From Guillardia theta CCMP2712 (lineage: Eukaryota; Protista; Cryptophyta), in NCBI RefSeq assembly GCF_000315625.1, contig NW_005434673.1, positions 1,190,799 to 1,254,798 on the forward strand: a stretch of 64,000 nt of DNA, written 5' to 3'. Under the pieces are notes generated by a model. That model was not told the DNA's origin, ran no database searches, and saw nothing but the letters and a program-made list of their open reading frames with translations. Shown one piece after another: positions 1 through 12,759 of the stretch. The position numbers were made by a program, and so were the translations under genes. The number at the start of each line of letters is the position of its first letter. Position 1 is the stretch's first letter.

Positions 1-1022
1 CCACATAATTCTTCACCCAGCCTCGTCACCATCAATACCCGATCAATTGTCCGCTTCTTCCTCCGCATTTTTCATTATGCTCTGCCGCCGCAGCCAGACG
101 CGTTCCGCTCATGGAAGCTCATCCATGCAGTAGCCCCAACATTGAAGGGAAGGTAGCAGGTGACAAGCGTTAGCTGTTGTCCTTGTCTCGAGCAGAGCAG
201 AGCCCGCGAGATGAAGAAAAAGGAACAACTGAGCATAGAAGAGGGAGAAACATATCTTTTGGCAATCCTCTGAGATTCTAAGGGGAAGGAGAGAATGAAG
301 GATCCCAGACAACAAGACTCCAACCATCGTTGACTTAATCTCATTGTCTTCTCCGGGCTATTCATCAATGAGAGCTGCCAGCTGTCAAAGACGCTGAAGA
401 TGAAGGTGAGACTAAAAGTGTTCACCTAGTCGTCACGACCAGGAGTGAAGTGAAAACTGGCAATATGAGCTCGGCTGAGCAGAATCACTCGTAGAAGACA
501 ACCACATGCAAGAGAAGAAGTGGCAAGACGACTGCGTCGCTCCTTCTGGCGTGTCAAACTCATTAGGTACGATCTCTTGCGGACATCATGACTTGACAAC
601 CATTACAGGAGGGGCCTCAAGTTCGAGTCAAGGAGGGGAGCAAGGAATAGAGAGAGTCATCGCGGAGTGCGCGACAGAAGAAACAAATCATCGAAGATGA
701 TAAGGAGCGGCGTCGTTGTGAAGCAGCAGGACTGGGCTGAATTCTCGTAGAGGAATATAAAGGACTTGTACAAACACATCCACGCAGAGCACAATAAGTG
801 ACCTGCAACCTGATACAACAAAACCAACCAATCGCAACCAGTCATACAAAGACCAAGGCTTTCAGCAACCACAACAAACAGCATTGAAGGCGATATATAG
901 CCACCCAGAACCGCATCGTCACCTTCGCACTCTCAACTTCTGAATTTTCCCAATTTCCTCAAGAAAAAACACGGAAATCTACAGTGTGACTGACAACTAT
1001 CCGTCAAGAAAGAGTAACTAGC

Positions 1023-1798
1023 TTATCGGCGCTGGGCCATGACCTCCGCATCGATCTTCATCTCATCCTCAGCAGCCTTGGCAAGATCAGCCAACTTCTC
1101 AGGGACAGGAGCGTTCTCGTCAAACTGAATGTCGGTGGCGTGCTTCATGAGAGCAGAGGCAACCTGATCGTGAAGTTTAGTCCTTCACACGTGCAGATGT
1201 AAATGCAAGTGAAAATGTAAGTGAAAACAGAGGAGATAACGTCCAAGGTGTGGAGCCCCAAGACCTTTGATTCACCATGGTTCACATAGAGACTCTTGAC
1301 AACAAATGCTCCACATCGACATTAACGGAGAAAGTTCAAAAGTATGGGAGAAGGACATGATTACAAATACATGATGCATGCATAACCTAAACATAGCAAC
1401 CGCAACACATTCCAATGTCCCATCACGAGCAAAGAGCAGTCAACGCTGAAAAGTCAACCAACGATATGGAATGCCGCAACCATCCAGAACACAGAACAAA
1501 TGATCATGACGCATGAAAAAACAAATAAGATGTAAATATGGTGGAGACAGGATGATCATTATGAAATTCCATCCACAGCATCATCTCAGCCCGGTCTTTT
1601 CCTTCCTCCCACCTGGTATTCAGTTCCGAGCTTGGTCATCTGGAAGGTCTCGACGGGGGCCAGAGCGTTGGAGTGCTTGGCATAGGCGATGATGCCGATG
1701 CAGGAGACAAGAGCAGCGGCGATGAGCGCGAAGACAAGGGAAAGTCTCTGCCTCTGCTGCTGCTGCTGCGGCCTGCGCGTGTCGGCGGCTCCGTACAT
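1023..1798 (-). CDS. Small single-pass membrane protein of unknown function (at least 2 exons: 1798-1613 and 1163-1023)
   Basis: ATG at 1798; hydrophobic segment LSLVFALIAAALVSCIGIIAYA; donor TACCAG|GT at 1613; acceptor ATCAG| at 1163 continues in frame VASALMKHATDIQFDENAPVPEKLADLAKAAEDEMKIDAEVMAQRR*. Confidence 0.6.
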
Positions 1799-2047
1799 GG
1801 CGGGTGAGGGTGGCTCTTCGTAGTGTCTCTTCGACTATAACCGCTGCAACCGTCGCAACCCCTGTACCCCCTACCCCCTATGACTTCGTGGATCCCGTAC
1901 AAAAGAAGCGCACCCTACCCCCGATATATCACGATCAAAATGACCAAAAAGGACCCGTTCAGCTAGTCTTCTCCAACCTGAACCCCCCCGGGCCCACTAC
2001 CGTACCCTTCAAGAGTCAGCACTAGTTACTGAATCAATCAGTAACAC

Positions 2048-2765
2048 CGGGTTAGGATTGCCGAGCCCGGCCGGACTGAGTCCGACAGTACGGTGCGGCA
2101 GGTCACCCCGGTTGCGGCCCGATCACTCAACGGTGTACGGTCACTGACAGACTGGCCCCCTCACTGGCCGCCGGGCTGGCCAGTACTGAGGGCCGGGCCG
2201 GCCCTAGCCGGGCTAGTCAGGCTACTAGGCCGCCCCGCCGCACCCGAGTCACACGGTACGGTAGTCGGACTGGCCTCACTGGCGGCCGTGCCGGGCCGTG
2301 CGTGGCGGCCGCCGGGGCCGCCGGGTGCCGCGCCCGGCCGCACCGTCGGCCCGGCGGCCGGGCCGCCCGAGCGGCCGGCCCGGCGGGCCCCCGGGGGCCC
2401 GGTGGGTCCGGCCCGGACTCCCCGCGGAGTCGGACTCGGGCACAGCCTGGCAGCGGCCGCGAGTCGCGGCGGCCCGCCCTGAGCCAGTGAGTCACTGTAC
2501 GGTTCGACGTCAGCCCAGCCTGACTCTGCCAGTGACCGTACGCCGCCGGTGCCGTTCCGAAGTTCAGCGGCCGGGCCGCGGCTGTGCGGCGGGTGACGGT
2601 CACCACGGTGGCCGCTCAGTCCTCGCCCGTGAGTTAGTGAATCATGCGACTCAGATGGCCATCCGATCATCATCCGCCCGGCCCGGTGACTGCACCGCAC
2701 GCGGCACTGCCGCCGTCCGGCCGCCCGGCGGTGCAGCATGCCGGGTGACGACTAGGTGCTAAGTT
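2048..2765. repeat. GC-rich palindrome-mosaic island
   Basis: Very GC-rich, built from short palindromic or near-palindromic words (CCGG, GGCC, GTGAC/GTCAC); perfect 16-bp palindrome GGGCCCCCGGGGGCCC at 2385-2400. Confidence 0.7.
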
Positions 2766-2829
2766 ATCTATTCCTCGTCAAACCAAACTTCTTCGTCCTC
2801 CCTCCCGTCCCACTCCAAGCTGCTCGATG

Positions 2830-3945
2830 CACCGCTGCCTGGTGAGTCTGGCGGCATTGAGAGGAAGCAACATCAGAAGGAGGAAGAGTCAACAACGACA
2901 AGAGGCTGAGGCGGACTGGAAGCTTGGGAGAGGGAGGCGAGAGAGGAGGCAAGGGGAGTGGAAGGAGAGAGGAGAGGAGAAAGTCGCTCACATGCTGCTA
3001 TCTTGGACATGCTGAATCTGCCGACGAACTCAGGGTCCGACTCCCCGTCCATGATGGTCCCTCGGATAGTGTTGTCCTCCTACAAGCATGTGAACCTCGA
3101 CCAAGACTGAGGGAAGCGGGACCATGGCAGGAGTTCCGACGTACTCTCTGTCGTCAAAGATGGTCGACAGCGTGCTTCGCTTTGGAACAGCCAGTACAAA
3201 GTCTTTATGCTTCACAGTCCAGCGAATCTTGCTATCGGTGTTGTCAGGACCGACGTCAGGGGGCAGGGAGACGGTGCTGTCGGGGTTTAGGGTGACGAAG
3301 AATGTGTTCTTAGCTCCTTCGATCTCTTGGTTGAGTGACCTGGAAGCAGCAGATCAACACAAGTTTGAGTTGCTGGTGTTCAACCAGGTGCCGGGATAGA
3401 ATTCCAAGTCCTTGTCTGAGACGACCATTTCTAGCCGCGCCTTCTGTCGCGAGCGGAGCGGCATAGCAGGGATGGCTGATTGCGCAGGGCAAGCCTGGAA
3501 GCGCAAGATGTTTCAGCATGATGTGATTTTGACGGGGAGAAAGCTAGAGCAGAGCAGCGAACTTCTGTGTGAAGGGTGATGGTAACGCAGGAAGGGTACC
3601 TTTCGTGTAAGGGCTACGTTCCTCCCGCCGCAGACTGCAAGATTGTGAGGTGAGGTGGGACCAATGGGAATGATAGGAAGAGAAGGAAGGGGGAAAGGGA
3701 TTGCACGAGGGTGAGATGCCAAGGGGATCCTACACATGTCGAGGTGGATGTGGAGGGAGGGATATGACACAGATCATGGGAGTGAGAGGGTGAAGCATGG
3801 AGAGCGTGAGGAGAAGAGAGGACGGTGCTTCTTTCTCACATGCTCGTTGTCCTCCTACGGCAAACCCTTCAGCGCTCCCTGTCGCCATCACCATTGCCGT
3901 CGCAATTACCACCGCCATAGCGACCATTGTTTTGATCCACCCCAC
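2830..3945 (-). CDS. Multi-exon gene, probable plastid-targeted protein of unknown function (3' end approximate)
   Basis: Signal peptide MGWIKTMVAMAVVIATAMVMATGSAEG followed by FAV (+1 Phe); downstream exon-like segments ...TIFDDREYVG... and EDNTIRGTIMDGESDPEFVGRFSMSKIAA bounded by AG/GT. Confidence 0.45.
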
Positions 3946-4305
3946 CCTATCTTGTTCATTCCATTTTTCGGTATCATGGTAGGGTCCTGCTTTCTTTATT
4001 ACTCAGTGCGGATGGCAAGATCGAGAGAGGAGGGGCGAGGAAGAAGTAGAGGAGGAGGGGAAGACTAGCAGGAGGTAGCAGAAGGAGGATGACTCAAGGG
4101 ACAGGCGAAGACAAGAGGGCACGATAGACAACTACGAAGATATCTACACAGGGGACGAGGAGGGGGGTAGGGGGTAGGAAGAGGAGAGGAGTGGAGGGAA
4201 GGGAGGGTGGGTGGGAAGGAGGGAAGGAGGTAGGTAGGGAGAGATGAGGACCGGGATATCTCATATTCAAGCAGGATCGCAGAATGTCTTGAAGCCAGCT
4301 CACCA

Positions 4306-5864
4306 ATGGCTGCTATTCATTTTCTTCACAAGTCCATCCTGCTCCTGCTCGTACTCCTAGTCCAACCCGCCGATACTTTCTCCACGTCCACTCCTCCTCG
4401 TGCTCCTCCCCTTCCCGGTCTTCTACCCAGGCACATCTCTCAGCGCAAGGCTGCTGGAAGCATGCAAGGAGCCAGGTCGACCTCCTTCTAACGGTCCCTT
4501 GCTCGTAACGTCCATGATGGGAACAGAATGCAGACGAGTGCGCGAGGAGCTGCCGCGTTGCAGCCCCACCTGGTGGGGAAGAGAGTTCTAGGACTTGGCG
4601 TCGCTGCCGTGGACTTCATCGCAACCGTCGATCACTTCCCTCAGGTAGATGACGCGTCCTCGTGCTGGAGCCATTGTGAATGGTTCCCTCCCAGCCGGAC
4701 GACAAGATTCGGAGCACGAGCTTCTCGATGCAAGGAGGAGGGAACTGCGCCAACACGCTGACGTGCGTGAGGAGGCTGGGGGTGGAGGCTATACTCGCAA
4801 CCAAGCTGGGAAAGGACGCCAACGGGAACTCCATTATCTCTGAGCTCAATGACGACGGCGTCTCAACCTCCTTGTGCATCTGCAAGGAAGGACTTGACTC
4901 GTACGTGACTCAACCCGTTGCCCTCTCCATCCCCTCCCATCCCTCCCCTTCTCTCCCCTTCTCTCCCTTCTCTCTCCTTCTCTCCCCTTCTCTTCCTTCT
5001 CTCCCTTCTCTGCCCTCCCTAATCCCTACTCTCCCATTCTTTCCGTACCATTCATACCCCTGTTGCATTGACATCCCCTCAACCTCATCATCACCGCCTC
5101 GATCTCCTTTTGTCTCCCTTTCTCCTTCTGTATCCTCTCCTCTCGCTCGCTCCTTATCTTACAACAGGCCCTTCACCTACATCATCGTAGACGACGCTAC
5201 TCACACCCGCACCTGCATCCACACGCCGATCCAGGAGGAGCTGCTGGAGGAAGAGGTAGCAGCTGAGTGGCTTGACGGAGTCTCCCTCCTCCACCTCGAC
5301 AGCCGCAACACCCGCGCATCGATCAAACTCGCCAAGTTGGCGAGGGAGCGCAGCATCCCCGTCGTCTTGGACGCAGAGAAGGACAGGCCGTACATGCGCG
5401 AGCTCCTGCCCCTCGCCGATGTCATAGTCACCAACTCCAAGTACCCCCTCGTCTTCGACTCTGCCGGGTTCGTCCAGGGCATGCAAGCTCTCCTCCAGCT
5501 GGGGTCGGCAAAGATGATCATCTCCACGCAGGGCGACCGGGGTTGCACTGCTCTGGTGCGCGGAGAGGACGGAGGGGGAGCGTACGAGAAGATCACGACT
5601 GAGCACATGCTCGTGAGCGGAGAGCCGTGTACTGTCTACACTTGTCCTGCGCTGCGGGTGGAGGAAGTGGTTGACACTACAGGAGCAGGAGACAGCTTCA
5701 TCGGGGGCGTGATCTATGGGGTCCTCAATGATTGGAAGATAGACAGGATCTTGATGTTCGCTTCCTACGTAGCCAGCAGGAAGATCCAAGGACGAGGGGC
5801 AAGGGAGGGGATCCCACGATGGGAAGATATACCCGAGGCGGTAAAAAGTGGTATCCAGGAGTGA
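4306..5864 (+). CDS. PfkB/ribokinase-family carbohydrate kinase, bipartite leader (probably plastid)
   Basis: VLGLGVAAVDFI, GGGNCANT and VVDTTGAGDSFIGG (pfkB signature); N-terminal signal LLLLVLLVQPADT-F; the pyrimidine-rich stretch ~4903-5167 is an intron. Confidence 0.9.
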
Positions 5865-5964
5865 TGAAAGTTTTTGCTACTCATGAACTGCATCTCTGTT
5901 ATCGCTAAGAGTTTTCATTACCACCTCATGTACTACACGTTGGCACATTCTAGTGCGAATGAGT

Positions 5965-8900
5965 TCATGCACGAGGATCAGGACGAGGGCATGGCTTGCA
6001 GTTCCAGATCTTGGTGGCGTACTCATCGATGGTACGATCAGTAGAGAAGAATCCCATCCCTGAAACAGCGTTGAGGCACTTGCGAGCCCAGGACTTCTTG
6101 TCCTTGTAAGCAGCATCGACCTTCTCCTGTTATCAAGACCGTCAGAAACAGTGAGAGTCCAAAGATATTTAACAGCACCTGGCAATCGATGTAGGCGGGG
6201 AAGTCGTGAGCAAGGAGATAACGATCACGTCCCTTCTCAATGCTGTTAAGCACAGGCTCAAAATCGACAGGGTTGCCGAAGTGGCCAGAGCGGATCATGT
6301 TCACGACATTGACGAGGCGGTGGTCCCAAGGGGCTCCCTAATCCACGAGTACTTAGCATGGGCTTTTCGGTGAAGACTGTACATCTTTACCTCAATCATG
6401 CGCCGGGTAGCATCAGCAATCTCGTGACACTTAGCTCCAAAGATGAAGATGTTCTCCTCTCCGACGTTCTCCTTGATCTCGATGTTGGCACCGTCATCAG
6501 TGCCGATGATGATACCTGTATCCCGTCTTAGTTGGAGATGAGCTACGCGCTTGAGGGGTGGAAATTACCTCCATTCATCACAAACTTCATGTTGGAGGTT
6601 CCTGAAGCCTCGGTACCGGCAGTGGAGATGTGCTCGGAGATGTCGTTGGCTGGGATGATGATCTGTGCATTTCCAACCTGCAATCATTCTCAGCCTGACC
6701 TCAAGGGAAACAGTTTGTCGACCTTGTAGTTGGGGATAAATACGAGCTTCAAGTACTGATTGGTGTCCGGATCAGAGTTGATGACACGTCCAACAGCGTT
6801 GGCAAGGGCGATGATCTTCTTTGCAATGAAATATCCGGCAGCAGCCTTTCCGCCAATGAAGCAGGTACGGGCCTGAACATTCTGCCTCTGCGCAGGGCTC
6901 ATCTTCTTGAGCTCGGAGTAGCGGTGGATGATTCCAAGAACGTTCAAGAGCTGCCTCTTGTACTCATGGATGCGCTTGACTTGAATGTCGAAGAGGGTGT
7001 TGGTGTCAACATCAACGTCAAGATGCTCCTTCACATAAGCAGCAAGGCGCTTCTTGTTCTCCAGCTTGGCAGCCATGACTTCATCGAGAACCTTGTCGTC
7101 ATTTGCGAACTTCTTGAGCCCATCGAGAAGGCTGAGATCGCGAACCCACTTGTCGCTGCCGAGGCACTTGGTGATTACGGTTGACAGGGCAGGGTTGCAC
7201 TGCAAAACAATGGCTCAGGAACAAGTCATGATTCTTCAAATAAGTACCTGTGCCATCCAGCGACGGCAGGTCACACCATTGGTGATTCCGATGAACTTGT
7301 CATTGATTCCCTTGCGCTTGTAGTACTCAACGAATTGAGGGAAGACATCGGATTTGACGATCTCGGCGTGAATGGCAGCAACACCATTGACCTTCTGAGA
7401 TCCGATGATGGCGAGATGAGCCATGCGGATCATCTTGTACTCTCCATCGCCTTCGATGACGGAGAGCTTGGAGATCATGTTGCCATCATCACCGAAGACC
7501 TCACGGACCTATGAAGCAATCAATCATTGTTGTCAATCCAGCGAATTTAGTACCTCGTTGATCCATCGGCGGTTGATCTCAAAAATGATCTCAGTGATAC
7601 GTGGAAGGAGATTCTGCATGAGGGTGACAGGCCACTTCTCGAGAGCTTCAGGAAGAACAGTGTGATTGGTGTAGGCAAACACTTTGCAAACAATGGACCT
7701 GTAAGACAAATCAGTGCGCTTGACTCAAACATAGTGAGAATATTCACCAGGCGAGAGTCCATCCAAGCTTGAAATTGTCCATCAGAAGTCGCATCAACTC
7801 AGCAACACCGATGGATGGATGGGTGTCGTTCAACTGGATGGCAACCTTCTCAGGAAGCTCCTCCCAGCTTCTTCCAGGCTTGGCAGCCACAAAGGTTTGC
7901 AAAACATCCTGACAGAAACATTCAGAGGAGAAAATTGCCTTGATGCGTGAACATATACCTGAAGGGTAGCTGACACAAAGAAGTACTGCTGCTTCAAACG
8001 AAGCTCCTTTCCAGCGTAGTTGTTGTCATTGGGATAGAGAACTTGGGTGATTTCGAGAGCACGCTGACGAGCGGCAAGGGCAGCGTTGTAGTCACCCTCA
8101 TTGAACTTGCTCAGGTCGATATCCTGATCAGGCATAGCAGACCACAGCCTCAAGGAGTTGGTGTTGAGGGTGTCGTAGCTAGAAGAAAACGATCAGATCG
8201 AAGATGCAAAAGGAGGCATGGAATACCCGGGGATGGGGACATCGTAGGCCACAGCCATGACTTTCTCCGACCCATAGAAATTGACAGCGTATTTCACATC
8301 CAATCTCTGGATTTCCCAAGGATTTCCCTTGGTGAGCCAGGTATCGGGGTATTCAACCTGGATTCCATCCTTGATGCGCTGCTCGAACATACCGTGTTCA
8401 TAACGAATTCCATAGCCCCAAGCGGGAAGGTTCAAAGTGGCCATAGAGTCCAAGAAGCAAGCAGCAAGACGACCGAGACCTCCGTTTCCAAGGGCTGCAT
8501 CCTTCTCCTGCTCAACAAGATCCTGAAGGCAAAAGCATCACTTACTCAACCTTGGGAAGGCAAGCATCTCGCACCTCGAGCTTGAATCCAATCTCCTCAA
8601 GAGCCTCCTTGTATGGCTTCTGAAGATCAAGGTTCATCAACGAGTTCAAGAGGGATCTTCCCATCAAGAACTCGAGGGACAGGTAGTAAACCCTCTTGGG
8701 GTCTTGCTTGAGGTAGTGAGCCTTGGTGTCACGCAACGACTCAACCAAGTAATCTCTGACGGAAAGAGCAACAGACTGATAGGCCGTGTGCTCATCGAAG
8801 TTGTATCGGTCAGTAGCAAGAGTGTGCTCAGCATGGTGTACCACAGACCTAGGAAATCAAGACGTCAGCTAGATCCTTACCATAAGAAATATAACAAAAG

Positions 8901-9353
8901 CGCAACCCACTTTTGGATGCTTGTTTTGTCAGCGGGCTTGTAGGTCGAAGAAATAGACCAGATCTTCTCCTTGACAGGGTCCTTGGTACCCGGGCCCGGC
9001 CTCTTGATGGAGGGATTGCTCAAGTCCTGTGTTGCAGACAGCACAGTCAGTATGGGTTGAAGATATCGCCATGTTACAGAGACGTACGAATATCTTTAGA
9101 AAGGTCAAGAACGAAGTGGGAGTTCAATCATTTGAAGCATGAGAGGGGGGAAAGGGGATACTACACTGCGATTCCAATTTAAGGAGTTGGCCAACTTTAC
9201 CTGCTGAGAAGCAGATCTTGTCATCATGGGGATTTCTTCCCCACCTCTCAGCCGGAGATTGTTGAAGAAACGTGTTGGTGCAGGAGAGAGCCGAGCCGCG
9301 TCGGCGCATGCTAAGGCAGCTAGCGCGACTACCGCCGCCGCTCGCATGCCCAT
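5965..9353 (-). CDS. Alpha-1,4-glucan (starch/glycogen) phosphorylase with signal peptide plus LRLRGG leader
   Basis: Motifs [56 protein letters not shown] site [21 protein letters not shown]; many short introns; ATG 9353/9347, stop 5965. Confidence 0.95.
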
Positions 9354-10654
9354 CGCTTGAACTTGCAAAGCCCGCAACCCCCACCCCCTCAAATCCATAG
9401 ATGTACCCACCTCCACCCATCTCCTCGTGAGCACCCCTACCCACGTGCGACTGTCCGCCCCACTACCCGTTGACATACCCTTGAGAGAACTGGTACTTTG
9501 CTAGTGTCATGGCTGACAGCACGGGTCCTTGTAGTGTAACAGGCTTATGGTGGCCCACCCCCACCCACCATGTAACATGTTGACCCCCCAGGAACACAGA
9601 ATCCTTTACGGCCACCCCCTTGCGTCCCGCGGGGTCGTGGGCGTAGATTACCCCCACCCCCTACAGATCAACAAAAAAAATGGAAAAGGTTAGTCTGTTG
9701 GTGGGTAGGGTGAGTTACTAACTGCACTTAGGGTGGGTCTCAGGTCAGTCGCTACGAGGGACGCATCGGAGGTAGACGGGGTAGGGGTGAATAGAAACAA
9801 AGGGGTGTTAAGGGTCCTTGATGAAGAGGACGGGGGTAGGACAGGCAAGCATGTCTCGAAAGGGGGGTACAGACTCTATGATGAAAAAGGGAAAAGGAAG
9901 GGTGAGAAAATGTAGGTAAGAGGTCATACTACCGTCATGATGCAGAGGAATGAGTAGTAAGGAGGGTAGGGTAGTTGCAGCTGCCCACAGGAATGCATCA
10001 CAGTCAGGTGAAGGGGTAGGGTGAGATCTGGCACAGATTCTAAAAATTGCAATTTTTTAATTGTACCATAAACACAAAATGCTACGAAGGGGGATGGTCT
10101 ACATATCTATTTATCAATAGTTAAATTACTTTTTGTGTATTAGAGTATTGCACTTGGAATATAAATGGAAGTTTTTGTAACATTGTATTGTGATTTTGTA
10201 AACAAAACTTTATAATTAAAAGTTATAGTAGCATTTGTAGGAAAACAGTATATCTATATAAGACTGCTTGCCACCTCCTGGGTTTCAGGATCATCGCGTT
10301 CAATTTCTGTATTATTATGATTTTCAAAATCAATAAAACAAATTCGAAATATATTCCTGAAAACAAAAAAGAAAGTATCGGACTCGTGAATGGAGATCGG
10401 CACTACCCCCTGACATCGATTTCGACTACCCCCAAAACTTCAAGGATTCGATGGGGTGCGGGTACGTATCTTTTAGGTCCTGTTGAGGGGTCGCAACCAC
10501 CAAATCCCTGTACAGGGCAGAATCACCCCACCCATCATTCTGAACTACACTTTAAGGGCAAGGAAGGGGTAGTCACAGTATACATGGGAGGCACATGGAG
10601 GCTTGCAGGGACAACTTCGGCAAAAATACGAACGACCCCCCGACAAGTGGTCGG

Positions 10655-11730
10655 GTCACACCGGGGCCGTACCCTTGCCGGGAACTTGGCCTGAGTCTCT
10701 CGGAGCGACCGGCCCCGCTCGGACCGTACGGCGCGTGTCAGCCGCCCGGCCCGGGCCCCGGCCGCCGGGCCCGGCGCCGCCGCCCAGTGAGCCCAGGCTC
10801 CGGGAGTCCGTCCGTCACCGTCCGCCCGGCCCGGCCCGGGCGGCGTGTCGGACCGTATCATGTCAGACCGTGGGCCACGGCGGCGTGACGGTGCCACGGT
10901 GATCCGCCGGGGACCCGCGGCGCGGCGCGGCGGCTGCCGGCGCCGGGACGGCACGGTGCCACGGTGACTCTGTGACGGACCCGGCGGCGGCGTTCAAGGG
11001 CCCGGCCCGCCCCGGGCCCGCCGCCGGGGCCGGGGGGGCGGGGGCCCCGGGGCGGCCGCCGAGCCTTCCGAAGTTCCCGGTCACTGCCGGCCCGGGCCGC
11101 TGGCTGATTCAGGCTCGGACCGTCACTGCGGCGCCGGCCGCCTACGGTCATCGGGGAGTCGGAAAGAATGAGCACTGCGGCGGACTGTTCCCGGACACTC
11201 GCCTGTACCTTCAAAGTTTGCCAGTAAGATTTACTAAGTTGAAAACGTCCGACTGATGATCCGATCCCGGCAAGCCTAACCGTTAAGTTAGCCGGCGCCG
11301 GCTGCCAGCGGCAACAGTGCCAGGCCCTTACTGGTAGGCTCCCTGAAACCGAAACTTGCCACTGAGGTGACCGTAGGCTTAAGTCGTTCCCCGGCGCCGG
11401 AAGCCCGGCTCGGTACGATTACTAGACCTGACCGTCACTGAGTGACCATCGGACCCGGTGACCCGCCGTGAACATCGGACGGGCCGCCCCGGGCCGCCGC
11501 CGCCCGCCGCCAGGCGGCCCGCGGCCGCCGTGACCGTCACTGCAGAGTGTCGCCGTGACTGGAAGACCGTACGGTACCATTGACAGTGATCGGACTGACC
11601 GTCCCGGTCCGCGGCTGCCCTCGGCCACCGTACGGTGACTCTGTGAGTGTAACTTCTCAGTCACCGTAGTAGTAAGCGGCCGCTGAACCGGGCCCGGCCC
11701 TGAGTTCAAACTGAGCCTCAGTCACTGGCC
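10655..11730. repeat. GC-rich palindrome-mosaic island
   Basis: Same word vocabulary as 2048-2765 (CCGGGCCCGG, GTCACTG, CCGTACGG, GTGAC). Confidence 0.7.
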
Positions 11731-11751
11731 ATCTCGATCAGATCACAGGCC

Positions 11752-12654
11752 CTAAAACCTGTCCAGCATATCATCAAGCCTGGACTGGTACCTCTTCTTG
11801 GTGTCCTCGTCGTCTGAGCTGAAATGGAAACCAAACACCCTCTTGAAAGTCTCGATATCTATCTGCGGCAGGCAATGAAGTTACTAGGCTCTCATGCTTC
11901 GCTCTTCTCTCCTCCGAGTACGGTTCCCGACCCCCGCCAATCCCCCCCCCCGACCTCTAGAGTCCCGGACCGTACTCCCTCCCCTCTTCCTTCGAGTCAG
12001 TCGCGGCCTTACTTGGTCGAAGTCCGACTCCCTTCTCGCAAGCCCCACCGACGCCTTGAGGTTCTCGAGATGCTGGACCTCAGGACATAAGGTCTTGAGG
12101 TTCTCCTCGATGTCGTGGAGGGTGACCTTGCCGTTGCGGTAGGAGGGGAAGCGTTTGAAGATGGCCGACATGCTGTCTTGTCCCCGAAAAGAGGTTTGCT
12201 TGGAAATGCTTGCTTGCTTTGATAAGCCGTGGTTGGTAATGCTTGCTTGCTTTGATAAGCCGTGGTTGGAAATACTTGCTTGCTTTGATAAGCCGTGGTT
12301 GGAAATACTTGCTTGCTTTGATAAGCCGTGGTTGGAAATACTTGGTTGCTTGGATAAGCCGTGATTGACAACACTTGGGTGTTTGGATAAGCCATGATGG
12401 GAAATACTTGGTTGCTTTGATAAGGCGTGTATGTTACTCATGCTGGCACTTTTATGCGCTTTGGGGGGCCGAGGCTTATTAGACAAATCGGAATCATTGG
12501 AATCTGTGCGCTGCAGGGAATCATGATTGTGATAATGCAACGTCGGATCAGAGCCTGAGCGCCTCAGGCGCGTCAAGTGCTTCGATGTTTCAAGATGCTC
12601 TTCGGGATCTCCCTGTGTAGGACAACAACCTAAGTAGGATTCTACTCCCCCCAT
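11752..12654 (-). CDS. Predicted N-myristoylated/palmitoylated protein with 11-aa repeats and a degenerate EF-hand-like C-terminus
   Basis: Starts MGGVESYLGCC; repeats SKQASISNHGL; IFKRFPSYRNGKVTLHDIEENL; splices to IDIETFKRVFGFHFSSDDEDTKKRYQSRLDDMLDRF*. Confidence 0.6.
12200..12425 (-). repeat. Coding 33-bp tandem repeat, about 6.5 units
   Basis: Unit GAAATACTTGCTTGCTTTGATAAGCCGTGGTTG (plus strand) with variants. Confidence 0.9.
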
Positions 12655-12759
12655 GCTCAATTTGTTTCACAAGTAAAAGTGACTTGGGAATGACAACACA
12701 GGAATACAGGGGACTAGGAGACTAGGTCCTACTGGGCTAGGACCCAGGTTTTCAAACCG

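Noticed and set aside
2093-2762. Many overlapping Pro/Gly/Arg/Ala-rich ORFs (also at 10535-11709 and 30644-30931)
   Set aside because: Stop-poor artefacts of GC-rich islands; they occur in several frames and have no motifs.
4903-5167. Pro/Ser-rich insert in the pfkB ORF
   Set aside because: GT-AG-bounded pyrimidine-rich intron that happens to be open.
12200-12425. 33-bp repeat array as a CRISPR
   Set aside because: No spacers, head-to-tail in-frame coding repeat, eukaryotic context, no cas genes.
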